Sequence record: NC_048674.1
DNA: 64,000 bases
Reading direction: 5' to 3' (one strand)
Shown: positions 50,323-61,977 of the stretch, one piece after another
How positions within the stretch are numbered: the stretch's first letter is position 1
Layout: each line of letters opens with the position of its first letter
Translations under genes and position numbers: made by a program
The notes under the pieces: generated by a model
What the model saw: only the letters and a program-made list of their open reading frames with translations
The model's database searches: none
Told to the model about the DNA's origin: nothing

Positions 50323-50697
50323 GTGAATGATATGCTTCCGGGGTTTAAGAAGATATCGAAGTTGTATCTAGACGATCAGGGTTTGTTATCAAGGGATATG
50401 CTAGTCCCAACTTATTACCAAAATGTGGTATACGCATTTGTAAGAGGATCTAAAATTCTCTACATTGGTAAAGCAAATGATCTATGGAAGAGATTCGATA
50501 CGTATAGGAATTGTGTAAATTGGAGAAACGCCAGACAATCTAATGTCGACAAGAACAAAAAGATGGTAGAAACTATCAACAAGGGGAATTTATGGTTGTA
50601 TGTTTTCCGTTCTTCTAGTATGATGTTGGATATAGACGAACAACGACTAATCAGGGAATATCGTCCTGTTTGGAACGTACATTTTAACGGAGATTGA
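50323..50697 (+). CDS. denA: GIY-YIG endonuclease, T4 endonuclease II-like
   Basis: VVYAF...LYIGKA.DL.KR...YR; E..LI..Y.P.WN..; short, no DNA-binding tail; lies between td and rnlA. Confidence 0.8.
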   Translation: MNDMLPGFKKISKLYLDDQGLLSRDMLVPTYYQNVVYAFVRGSKILYIGKANDLWKRFDTYRNCVNWRNARQSNVDKNKKMVETINKGNLWLYVFRSSSMMLDIDEQRLIREYRPVWNVHFNGD

Positions 50698-51276
50698 TAT
50701 GAAGATTATCGATATTAATATCTGGGATGACTTCGAAGGTTACGAAGACAAAGCCGGTGGTAAGACCTTTGCATACATCGAATCCGGATTAGAAGATAAG
50801 GATAAACAAGAATATGTACTTCATAGTGTAGCCTCTATGCTGGCTACAGTACAAACAGAAGTTAAGTACAATTCTTATTATCCCGAAAGTGAGTACGGGT
50901 ACAGTCGTTGGGAACTCGTTCTATATGGAGTTAACGAAGAAAAGATTTGTGCCATTTGCGATTATTTTGGTCAACTAAACCATGTTATCCATCTTGACGA
51001 CAAGCCGTTTTCTGTTGAAGTATATTCGGAGAGTTAAAATGAACAAAAATATTAAAATTGGTACTTTAGTAAAACTGGATCCGAAAAGCCGTTGGGCATA
51101 CGATGGTAATGGTGGAGTGTCAAATCCAGTTGGGGTGGTCGGTGTTGTTATTCCGGTTCCGGAATACCAATTATCTGGGTTTTGGCCCGACCCAGTTGGT
51201 TGGACTTGGGTTAAGTGGCCCAATAACATCGATAATTGCTATCCAGATGAAGAGGATTGTTTGATCGAGGTAGAAG

Positions 51277-51514
51277 AATGAAACACGATGCGATTTTAAA
51301 AAACTCGTCTCCATATCCGTTCAACGAAAACAAAGCACTTGGTTATGTTTTTTGTGATACCAAAAATCGTTTTAATGATGGTGAGCAAATAGTTACCTCT
51401 TTTATCATTGAATATATTCGGGATTACAACGATGTAACAACCCATATTGTAACCAAGTCAGGAACAGTTTATAAACTGGTGTATGGCGATATGCAGGATA
51501 ATAGTGACGTATGA
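51277..51514 (+). CDS. Hypothetical protein (paralog of 52469..52690)
   Basis: D.KNRFNDGEQIVTS...TKSGTVYKL. Confidence 0.6.
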
Positions 51515-51589
51515 AATATATATTGGTCGTAACCATTTTTCTGGTTATTCTATTTGCTGGGTGTTGGGGACAAGCACCAATGTCTATAC

Positions 51590-51910
51590 ATGAACACGAC
51601 CGCGATGAATAGATGTCGTTCTGTAAACCTGAATAAAGAACCTTGTGACGTCGTTGTTATGCGTCCTTCTAAGTGGGGGAATCCTTTCCCCTTACGCAGA
51701 GAAGAAGATCGAGAGATTATTTTAGAGAAATATAAAAACTGGTTGACAGAACAGATCCGAACAGGTAATCTTACTCGTGAAGATTTCAAAGAACTTGAAG
51801 GTAAGCGTTTAGGGTGTTGTTGTAAACCTAAACTGTGCCACGCCGATATTCTGGCTTACGTAGTTAACAAGTTATTTGAGCCATCACTAGACAAACTATT
51901 TGGTATATGA
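51590..51910 (+). CDS. DUF4326-like protein
   Basis: RPSKWGNPF, R....KY..W, L.GKRLGCCCKP..CHADIL. Confidence 0.82.
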   Translation: MNTTAMNRCRSVNLNKEPCDVVVMRPSKWGNPFPLRREEDREIILEKYKNWLTEQIRTGNLTREDFKELEGKRLGCCCKPKLCHADILAYVVNKLFEPSLDKLFGI

Positions 51911-52468
51911 GGAATATGTTATGACAAAAGATTTTTTTGTTGATATGGACGTCCAGTTTATGTACCCTACTAACCATTTTCCGGAAGGGGGTTTACCGTT
52001 AGGGAAAGTTATCGACTATATCCCTTCTCTTGGTAGCCATATGGGTAAGTCTGATATCATGGGTATGATTCTCAAGAAAGCTCGCGAACGTGGTGATATT
52101 AAATTCATTATCGGGATTCCTGAAATTACAGAAGAAGACAAGAAACGTCGGATTGAACTTATGCGTAAACAGACGGAGAATTTGGTATGATTACTTTCCA
52201 TCGTGAACGAATTATAAAGGATCGGTTTAAAGTCACACCAGAAGAATTCATCAAATACCTAATGGAAGTGCGTTGTTATGAAGGAAAATATCATTTTTAC
52301 GTAAATAATGGTATTAATAAAGGTATGCTTTCGTGGGCTTGTGAATACCCATGGAAAGATACAAATTACGACCTTTGTGATTTTGATCCGTATAACCCAA
52401 CTTCGTCATTTCAAAAAGAGATCCGTTCTGACATTATCAAGTTTCTAAAATCATTTGAGGAATAAGAG

Positions 52469-52690
52469 ATGAAACACCACGCAACACTTTCTAAAGTCCG
52501 TCCAGTACCCGGAAATCGTCTTTCTGGTCTTATCTATGACGATTGTCTAACCCGGTTTGAAAATGGAGACAGTATTGTAACTTCACCAATCACAGAAAAG
52601 ATTGAAGTTGATGGGGAAGTTCGTTATGTAAAAACAGAAACCGGAACTGTGTATCTGATTGGTTCTTGGGTTCATGCATTGGATCTGTAA
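52469..52690 (+). CDS. Hypothetical protein (paralog of 51277..51514)
   Basis: DD..TRFENGDSIVTS...TETGTVYLI. Confidence 0.6.
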   Translation: MKHHATLSKVRPVPGNRLSGLIYDDCLTRFENGDSIVTSPITEKIEVDGEVRYVKTETGTVYLIGSWVHALDL

Positions 52691-53508
52691 GTATGAAGTA
52701 TGAAATTAAATTAGAATATGTTTTGGAAAACACCGAACTTGAGTGGATCCAACGTACTATTCAAAGTGATACCCCAACCGCAGATGAAAAATATATCCTG
52801 TTGAAGTTGGTTGCTGCTTTGAAGTCTCCATTGGTGGATACTATATTGGTTGACATCGTAGAACTACAAATTATTGAAAGGTATATCCTAAATGCAAATT
52901 GTAATTGACCTTAAAAATGCAAAATTGACAAATCCAGACGATCTTGAAAACATTATGACATATGAACAATTTGCTTTGTATACATGGATTTATTACCCAT
53001 GGTTCAATAAGAAAACAAATCAGGTTATTCTCACAAAAGAAGAATATAACCTGATCCATGAATGGATTTGATATGAATAGAATTAATGTAGAATTAGAAG
53101 CTCGTGGTGTTGAAATTTCTGGTGGATATGGAAACAACCCATATATTTTCTTGACATTAGATCAGGTAGACCCAGAACCAGTAATGGATTCAATTACCAT
53201 ATCCGAATTTATTAGCCACTTTGGTGACTCGGACGTATTAAGTTACTTCACTATCCAAGATATCCTAGCCCATTTCGGAGAATCCGAATTGTTGGCGGCT
53301 ATGGATGCCCAAACTATTATGGACGCTCTATGAAAGTCGACTTAACAAATTTAGACGTAAAACACTTAGAAACTATCACTCTTATTATCGCACGATCTGC
53401 CGATATCATGACTCGTTTGACTCAAGCTAAAAAGGTTGGGTGTGCCACATTCGAATTGTCCGAAACTGAACTGAAAGATCTTAACACTATCAATTTGGGG
53501 ATTACAGA

Positions 53509-54558
53509 ATGAAAGAACTTTATAACAACCTGTTGAAGCTAACAGAAGAACATGGAGATTGTTTCTTCTTTCGTGACCATTGGTCTTCCATTGGGAACCA
53601 TTTTCGGGTATTCTCCTATCACATCGCAGGATTAACCCAATGGATGCTCCCAGACGCTCTAGAGTGTCGTGGTATCATGTTCGAGCTGATTAACGGTGAA
53701 CCGTACCGGATCGCATCTCGACCCATGGAGAAGTTTTTCAACTTGGCAGAACGCCAAGCATGGAACCTAACAAATTCCGGGGTCGTTGGACTCGATAAAC
53801 TGGAATTGGATTATTCTAATATCGACCGATATGAAGATAAAGCAGATGGTAGTTTGGTGAGTTCTTATCACTTCATCGACCCAGAAGACGACAACCGTAT
53901 TAATTACATGTTGAAAAGCAAGACCTCAATTAATAGCGATCAGGCAAATGACGCGAATCGTTGGTTGGTGAACCATACAGACCTTTTGGACTTCATTATC
54001 GATTGTGAAGAAGCTGGTTATACCGTGAATCTGGAATGGTGTTCTCCAAAGAACCAGATTGTTATTATGTATCCAGAAGAAAGCCTCAAGATCCTGAACG
54101 TCCGCCATCGTGATACTGGGGAATATTACTCAAACAACAAGTTGATTCGGTCTCCTGTTTTCCGTAAGTATGCGGTAGACCAGTTCATGTTTGAAGAAGG
54201 TACAGATGTTAATACCGCAATTTCAAACATGTACAACGAAACCGGGATCGAAGGTTACATTCTGGTTATGCGAGATGGTAGTCGCGTTAAGATCAAGACC
54301 ACATCATATGTAGCTCGCCATAAGCTGAAAGACTCTATTACCAACAACAAGGATTTGGTAATTGCAGTTGCTCAAGGTGTGTCAGATGACCTACGTCAAC
54401 TGTTTTTGGATGATTCGTTATCTCTAACAAAAATCCAAGAATTCGAAGATCATGTGGTTAGTGTTGCTGGTTCAACTTATACCAAGATCCGAGAGGCCCA
54501 TAAGGCTTGTGCTGGAATGGAACGACGCGAATACGCAATCTCTATGCAGAACACATTC
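53509..54558 (+). CDS. rnlA: RNA ligase 1; 3' end lost in an N gap
   Basis: ALECRGIMF, RPMEKFFNL, motif I EDKADGSL, NLEW, EGYI, KIKT..Y...H. Confidence 0.93.
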
Positions 54559-54573
54559 NNNNNNNNNNNNNNN

Positions 54574-55440
54574 CATAGAGTCAGAAAAGTGGCGCATCAA
54601 TCTAGATGATATCGAATATTGGGATGACCTTGATGGATGGTGTGTTGTAGATCTCAATAATGAATTTTATTCTNNATTGGAAATTCAATGGGTGGTTCCT
54701 GAATGAAAAATATTGAAAACGAAATTGTAAAATGGTTGTTCTTTGCAGAAGCCAATGGTAAGATTAGTTNNACATCGTGATGAAGATGTTCCAAGCACCC
54801 GATCTGGAAGTGATGCCAGAAATTATGGCAGTCATTATCAAATATCCGGAAGAATTTGTCCCAACTAAATGGAAATGATCCATTGACAGTATAACCAAAA
54901 CCCTATATCATCTCCGGTATAGGGTTTTTTACTTAGGAGACTATTATGAAACTAACTAACATCATGCCCGGTGAGGGGTACTGTATTGCAGTGTGGTCTA
55001 ATGGAGAAGGTCANNNNNNNACCTTGATGGATGGTGTGTTGTAGATCTCAATAATGAATTTTATTCTAAATTGGAAATTCAATGGGTGGTTCCTGAATGA
55101 AAAATATCGAAAATGAGNNNNNNAAACAAGACCGTATGTTCTTTAACATCGTGATGAAGATGTTCCAAGCGCCCGATCTGGAAGTGATGCCAGAAATTAT
55201 GACAGTCATTATCAAGTATCCAGAAGAATTTGTCCCAACTAAATGGAAATAATCCATTGACAGTATAACCAAAACCCTATATCATCTCTGGTATAGGGTT
55301 TTTACTTAGGAGACTATTATGAAACTAACTAATATCATGCCCGGTGAGGGGTACTGTATTGCAGTGTGGTCTGGTGGAGAAGGTCGNCATAGAGTCAGAA
55401 AAGTGGCGCATCAATCTAGATGATATCGAATATTGGGATG
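54574..55440. repeat. Two permuted near-identical copies of a ~400-bp segment (gene end, promoter, small ORFs) separated by N gaps
   Basis: e.g. 54772-55013 vs 55147-55386 and 54625-54715 vs 55021-55113; differences are mostly synonymous SNPs. Confidence 0.85.
54883..54929 (+). promoter_or_regulatory. Early promoter overlapping an inverted repeat (second copy at ~55257)
   Basis: TTGACA-17-TATCAT; AAAACCCTATA/TATAGGGTTTT IR. Confidence 0.7.
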
Positions 55441-55952
55441 NNNNNNNNNNNNNNNNNNNNNNNNNNNNNNNNNNNNNNNNNNNNNNNNNNAGAGGCGTTG
55501 ATGGTTTTGAAATCTCGTATTGAGGGTATGAAATGATGGATCCAATCTTAGAAGTTCGTATGTGGTGGTCAATCGGTATTGTTTGTGTTGGGTTTCTTCT
55601 TCCGTTGCTTNGCCAATGGTAAGATTAGTTGGATGATGAACAATGTTTTGAAAATCGACGAATATACTAGGATCTATTTCGACAAAGAAGAAAAAATTAT
55701 ATCTTTGATCGACTATAGTGAAAGTACTAGGATCTTTGATAATGTATTCAATAATGTGNTCCTGTAAAATCTTATGGGATATGTACAACAATCACAACCG
55801 TCCGATTGACCTAAAGAACCAAGANNNNNNNNATAAAGATGTGACTTGGTATCAAGCGGCTGGATATGTTCTGTGGATCGCGTTATGGGTGTCGTTCGGA
55901 AAAGAACTGNAGAGGCGTTGATGGTTTTGAAATCTCGTATTGAGGGTATGAA

Positions 55953-56351
55953 ATGATCACTTTCGAAGAACAGAAGTCAAGGATTTCTGATATGGTTGGA
56001 CTCTGTGAAAACACAGTACAATTAATCACCATTTTAGAAAACACTTGTAACATCTTGAAGAAAAATCTTTCTGGTGTTAAAGTTGTATATGTTTCTGGTG
56101 GTGGTTGGGCGTCAAGTTATGTCAAAATGGTCGGAGAAAAACAATTCCAACTACCCGACGAATTTTACGTGAAGAACGATGACGGTCAGAAATTTAAAGT
56201 AACAACCGAAGTTACCACATTTGGTGGTGGGCATGGGGAAGGACCTGTTTACGCAGCTAGAAATACAGAGATCCGTAGCGTTAATGGAAACAACTGGGAT
56301 TTCCGAGACAGAGAACTTACTATTATTACAAAAGAGGAAGCACTTTCATGA
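55953..56351 (+). CDS. Hypothetical protein
   Basis: Intact 132-aa ORF within the duplicated zone. Confidence 0.55.
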   Translation: MITFEEQKSRISDMVGLCENTVQLITILENTCNILKKNLSGVKVVYVSGGGWASSYVKMVGEKQFQLPDEFYVKNDDGQKFKVTTEVTTFGGGHGEGPVYAARNTEIRSVNGNNWDFRDRELTIITKEEALS

Positions 56352-56653
56352 TGGATCCAATCTTAGAAGTTCGTATGTGGTGGGCAATTGGTATTGTTTG
56401 TATTGGGTTTCTTCTTCCATTGTTANNNNNNNNNNNNNNNNNNNNNNNNNNNNNNNNNNNNNNNNATCCCAGAAAAATACGATGTGAAGACCGAAAGGGT
56501 TTATCAATGTGAATGGGTGGATAAAACAGTGCCGAAATACCCAAAAATTGATTGACNNNNNNNNNNNNNNNNNNNNNNNNNNNNNNNNNNNNNNNNTATA
56601 AATGAAAATCCTGTACCCTATGTGGTACAGGATTTGTTTTGTGGGAAGATAGT

Positions 56654-57172
56654 ATGATTTCAGAAACGTTGAAAAAGAAGATTATTTCTTATTATAATGA
56701 GCGTGTTAAGTTTGCTCGTGAATATTACAAAGACCATAAACTACTTAGGTTCAACGTCGTAAATTCATACTCTTTGCGATTTACAAACCACAAAAGCTAT
56801 GTTGGACAATGCAACGGAAAAGATCGTACAATAGACTTGTCATTGTATTACCTCCGTTATATGACTTGGGACGGTATCGCTGACGTTATTAATCATGAAT
56901 TGGCTCATTGGATTGACGACAGAGATGTTCATGGAGCGTATTGGAAAGCCGCTGCCGTTGTAATGGGTGCCAACCCAACCAGACTGGTTCAACATGACCA
57001 TATGAGTCGCCCATGGCTTATTATGTTCGGTGATGAAATTGTTGGGACATCAGAAGAAGATATCAAAGATATCGGTGGTAGGTACATAAGGCGACGCAAG
57101 AAAGAGACATTGGGAAACTTGACATGTGTCCCAAATCCAGATTCGATTGACAATAGTATATACGGAGAATGA
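56654..57172 (+). CDS. SprT-like zinc metalloprotease domain protein (second copy)
   Basis: GQCN....IDLS, INHELAH, HGAYWKA.A..MG. Confidence 0.85.
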   Translation: MISETLKKKIISYYNERVKFAREYYKDHKLLRFNVVNSYSLRFTNHKSYVGQCNGKDRTIDLSLYYLRYMTWDGIADVINHELAHWIDDRDVHGAYWKAAAVVMGANPTRLVQHDHMSRPWLIMFGDEIVGTSEEDIKDIGGRYIRRRKKETLGNLTCVPNPDSIDNSIYGE

Positions 57173-58261
57173 TATGAAAAACATTGGTTGGAAATACTAT
57201 GTAGTTTCTGAAAATATGGGCGATGTGTTTGATTTCGAAGAAAAAANTCGGAATCGCTGCCTTATCTTTGGATAACTCGATTAAGGTAGACACATCATTG
57301 GTANTATAAATGAAAATCCTGTACCCTATGTGGTACAGGATTTGTTTTGTGAGAGGTGGTATGAAAAACATTGGTTGGAAATATTATGTGGTTTCTGAAA
57401 ATATGGGCGATGTGTTTGATTTCGAAGAAAAATNTTGGTAACTCTATATCATGGTGAAATCATCGACCCGGTTCTTCATTTACCCCGCATATGGGTTCGT
57501 GGTGACGAATGTTGGCGCAACCCGAAGGCAACCNATAAAGATGTGACTTGGTATCAAGCGGCTGGATATGTTCTGTGGATCACGTTATTGGTGTCGTTCG
57601 GAAAAGAACTTNAAATTACTGAAAAAGTTTGGATACATCAGTTGACTTAAAATTTAAATCGTGAGAATATATCTGTNATAGATATGAAAGAATATATGTT
57701 TAAAGTTGTTTATGTTGGTCAAGACGATCAAGTGTACGACGAAACCCGTGAGTATCGTGCTGTAGACAAGTATGCAGCCGAAAAAGGGATCGGTCAGTAT
57801 CTTCTTGATAACAAACATATCAAGTTTGTATCAGACCTGAAAATTTTCGAAGAGGTATAGTGATATGCAAGGTAAATTTTGGGGTTGGATTTCCAATCTT
57901 TTAAATTCAGAAAAACAACCTCAATATTGGGATGTTGACAATCCTTCTACACCAACACCCCTCCAAGAAAAAGTAGATAAGATTGTTGAGATCATTGATA
58001 GTTGTGATGACCTTAGCCGTAAACACACAGACCGAACCGCATCATCTTTTGTTATAGGTGATGGTGTTAAGTTGGTATGGGGTATTTGCATCTCAATTTC
58101 AATAATGTATGATGACGATGGTAAAATTCATGATATTTTCAATGAAAAAGAGAAAGAACGTATTTTAACATCTCTGAGAAATTTGTCCTCTCGCGTAGAG
58201 GAAAAGAAGAGAAAAGAAGAGTTTAAAAACTTTCTTGAAACGGAACTAAAGTAAGGATATT

Positions 58262-58489
58262 ATGATGAAATTTGATATGACTTTTTCAGAAGCACTTGTA
58301 TATGTTCTTGAAGGTAAGGGTTGGGTAGTCGGTGAACATTTCCAAAAGGGGGTTGTTATGTCCCGTGGTGGTATGGGTTCTTTGATGGTAAAAGACTTCA
58401 AAAGTAACACAGAAACCCCAATGATTGTATCAGTTCGTAGTCTTCAACAGAAATATCGAGCTGTATTTACACAACCAGAGGTGATGTGA
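58262..58489 (+). CDS. Small hypothetical protein
   Basis: MTFSEALVYVLEGKGW N-terminus; AAGGA SD. Confidence 0.55.
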   Translation: MMKFDMTFSEALVYVLEGKGWVVGEHFQKGVVMSRGGMGSLMVKDFKSNTETPMIVSVRSLQQKYRAVFTQPEVM

Positions 58490-60035
58490 TATGCNTTGGT
58501 AACTCTATATCATGGTGAAATCATCGACCCGGTTCTTCATTTGCCCCGCGTATGGGTTCGTGGTGATGAATGCTGGCGGAACCCGAAGGCAGGTNNAAAT
58601 TACTGAAAAAGTTTGGATACATCAGTTGACTTAAAATTTAAATTGTGAGAATATATCTACNATAGATATGAAAGAATATATGTTTAAAGTTGTTTATGTT
58701 GGTCAAGATGATCAAGTGTACGACGAAACCCGTGAGTATCGTGCCGTAGACAAGTATGCCGCCGAAAAAGGGGTCGGTCAGTATCTCCTTGATAACAAAC
58801 ACATCAAGTTTGTATCGGACCTGAAAATTTTCGAAGAGGTGATGTGATATGTNTTTGGTTGTTCAAAAAACATGTACCGAATATCAGACCATTAGCGAAA
58901 AAGATTATCGAAGTAATAGACAACGACCCGTATACATGGAATTTGTCAAGAAAAAACGATGTTGATGGTTTAATCTTTACTTTTGAAATCGAAGAACCAA
59001 ACCTACCAAGACGATTCAAGCCTCATGAAATAAAATTGGTTTATCATCAAGGTAACGTTTTAATTCATGAGATGAATGAACGTGGTATTTTACATAAAGA
59101 CCAATTCAACCGGGACGAGAAAAAAGAATTGATATCCCGATTGGAAGAGATCAAACGTAAATCAGAAATTCGTCAATATAACATTATANNNNNNNNNNNN
59201 NNNNNNNNNNNNNNNNNNATGGAAATGAAAAGCTCCGAAATCCACAAAAAGATCACCGAGAAGCGAGAAGCTTTGATTCAAAACGCACTGAATTTCGTTT
59301 ATGAATATCTTCTCAAAAAGACAAATGACTATAACGTGACGGTTAGTATTCCTAACGACATCATCCCAACTGAAATTCGCCCCGCGCTTATTGAACGGTT
59401 GGTTAAAGATGGATATGGGGTATCTTGGTCTAAATCCAATGATATGTATAGTAGTTACACACGACTTGTTGTTGTCATTAATGAATAATTTTAATCAAGG
59501 AAACAAAAATGTTTGATAAAATCAAAGAAGAAATGGACAAAATTGAAGCAGCCCACGCAGGCGGTGAGATGACTGCAAAACAAGCCGTGAGTACAGTTAT
59601 TAAACTGTCANNNNNNNNNNNNNNNNNNNNNNNNNNNNNNNNNNGTTGTATCATTTTCAGTGGGTGATTACGGTAGTGGTCGGACTTACTACCCGTTCGG
59701 TCATGAGTATTGGGATCTCGAACAAGCCGAAGATTACNNNNAAACAAAAGGAAAAATAAAATGTCTCGTAGTAATGAACTGGTAGAAAAAGCAAAACAAC
59801 TGGCTGTACTCCTGNAAAGAAGTACGCGATCTTGCTGGTCAGCACGATTATGGTGTAGAACTGGACACAGACTCTGACGAGATCGTGTTTAACGACTGGT
59901 NTGAGTAGTTCTTGTTACGGTGAAGGTGGTGAAGGTTTTACCGTGTCCGTTGATGCTGAACCTAGCTACTGGGAAGAAAGTAGTTGCTAATTTGAAATGG
60001 GGTCGATTGACCCCATAAATTTTGAGGGTAATATT

Positions 60036-60944
60036 ATGATTTTGATTGGTTCTCGTGCTATGTTGGAATGCTTCTACGCCGATTGTATGGCCCCAACTAA
60101 AGATATGGATTATGATTTCATCNCAACAGAANNAGAGTGGAGTGAATACCAAGCTCGTATGCAAGGNCGCNCTGTAGCCGTACAGAATCCAAATGTACGA
60201 GCCTTTGTTGTTGAACGNGGGGATTGTCGTAGTTGCTANCATGAAGCTTATATCATTCAACCGGGTTCGTCTGANGAGATGATTGCGGACTATATGAATA
60301 ACGANCATGGTAAGATCAAGGTAGCTANTCCCGGTCTACTTCTTGCGATNAAGATGNCTCATCGGTTCAAAAAGAATACACGGAATTTTATCAAAACCAT
60401 GAAATCCATTCATGAACTTCGTGACTTTGGTGTGGTGATGAATGAAAAAGAATTCGAGATCTTCAAGAAACGTGAAAAAGAATCCTTGACTTANGGACAC
60501 CCNAAGCTTAATGTAGGGAAGAAAGATTTCTTNACCGATGANTTTTACACTATGGATCATGACACAGTTCACCAAGCNNTTGCTGTTGGNGAACGACCNG
60601 CTTACTTGTCATACATGGTTGANGGNGAAGAAGTGATGACNTCAAAANCGAANTTTGAACAGTGTGATATGCGNCTTAAACTTCTTGGTGTATACGAAGA
60701 AGCTTGNGTTNTGGCACTAGAACGGTGTATAGTACCATTTCCGGGTAAGGTTCATCCNGCCAAAGCTTTTATGATGGCATTGGAAAAGGTTTGNACTTCN
60801 ATNACNTCTGGGTGGTTCCGTGAGTTCTCTTGGGAACACTATACACTTGTGATGGACATTTATAATGAACAAACAAAGACCAGTAAAAACTACGTTCAAC
60901 TTTTCTTGAAAAATCAACATTTGATTAAACCGTTTGAGGGTTAA
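60036..60944 (+). CDS. Putative pol-beta-fold nucleotidyltransferase-like protein
   Basis: LIGSRAM...KDMDYD (GS + DxD); many masked codons. Confidence 0.5.
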   Translation: MILIGSRAMLECFYADCMAPTKDMDYDFIXTEXEWSEYQARMQXRXVAVQNPNVRAFVVEXGDCRSCXHEAYIIQPGSSXEMIADYMNNXHGKIKVAXPGLLLAXKMXHRFKKNTRNFIKTMKSIHELRDFGVVMNEKEFEIFKKREKESLTXGHXKLNVGKKDFXTDXFYTMDHDTVHQXXAVXERXAYLSYMVXXEEVMXSKXXFEQCDMXLKLLGVYEEAXVXALERCIVPFPGKVHXAKAFMMALEKVXTXXXSGWFREFSWEHYTLVMDIYNEQTKTSKNYVQLFLKNQHLIKPFEG

Positions 60945-61706
60945 AATATGTTTGCACTTGCACATAAAGAAACTGGGAANTTTGTNGGNTGGGANGTGTT
61001 CNCCAGCNANATNGATGGNGNAACAGACTANTGTCTAACAGAACCNGAATTCTCTAACAACGTCTGGTGTNTATTNNCTTATATGGATGTCAAGCGTATT
61101 CTNGANNGNGGNGAAATTNAAAGAGGGNTCAATACATTTTATTCAGATCCNGACGTTGATTTCTCTCTGGATGAATATGAAATTGTGGTTCTAACNGGGG
61201 TAAAAGTATAATGGAATTTATCNTCAACGACGGGTTNTATGTNGCTTTATGTGCTCTTGTTTCAATNGGNGCTCATANGTGGAATCGGAATTGGGCTCTT
61301 TGGATGGTTGGTTCGATCTTTTTTAGTCCAGTCATTTCAGGAATTTTACTGATGCTCGCGGGTAAAAAGGAATGAAATTCGATGTAAAAATTGGCCCTAG
61401 TGTATTCATGGTTCAATCCGATGAATCACCAGATGACCTATTTGAAATGCGAGGTGGAGTAAAAACCAGAGANGGGTTTATTCTNGGGNAATACAGGTAC
61501 ATCAAACCTTGGGTCGTTCATTGCCAAGATTGGGAGAATATGTTTAATATGTTCTCTTTCAACGAGGAACCGATAAAACGAAGCATAGTCATATCTAACG
61601 GAGAAAAGATCTGGTATGCAGAAGGTTGTTTCGTTAGTGAATATGTGTACACAACTAAGAGTCTTTTTATACTCATAGATTGGATTGGATAAATTTTAAA
61701 AAGTGG

Positions 61707-61750
61707 TTGACTTGGTATCTCAGGGATGGGATACTCTTCTTGTCGAAACA
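61707..61750 (+). promoter_or_regulatory. Early promoter
   Basis: TTGACT-17-GATACT; downstream TGTCGAAACAA is shared with the promoter at 33208. Confidence 0.7.
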
Positions 61751-61977
61751 ACGGAGATAACCATGGATACTAAAACGACTTATGAACAGTGGGTTGAGCA
61801 GAACCAAGAGTACCTGATTCGTTACATCAAAGAGAACATATCTTTGTGGGTTGGTGTAGAACAGAGAGATAATTGTAGTAGTATCTCTACCAAAGTAAGT
61901 GTTGAGTTATNTGATAGAAGCGAANACGANCCACTNANTTCNGATAGCGCCGATGATTATTTCAATAAGGATTAATT

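Larger units (their letters stand above)
55491..58850. repeat. Several further near-duplicate segments joined at Ns
   Basis: 55491-55540 vs 55911-55955; 55833-55908 vs 57535-57611; 57173-57245 vs 57360-57432; 57435-57532 vs 58496-58592; 57612-57865 vs 58596-58850. Confidence 0.8.

Noticed and set aside
50323-50697. Mobile GIY-YIG homing endonuclease (Seg-type)
   Set aside because: It is short, lacks a C-terminal DNA-binding domain, and its position and motifs fit endonuclease II (DenA).
54559-54609. RnlA C-terminus HRVRKVAHQSR as given in the ORF track
   Set aside because: This is read-through across an N gap into an unrelated duplicated fragment.
54559-58850. CRISPR array, DGR template/variable repeats or a true tandem array
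   Set aside because: Repeats are long, irregular gene fragments at N junctions with synonymous SNPs. There is no repeat-spacer periodicity, no adenine-specific variation and no reverse transcriptase.
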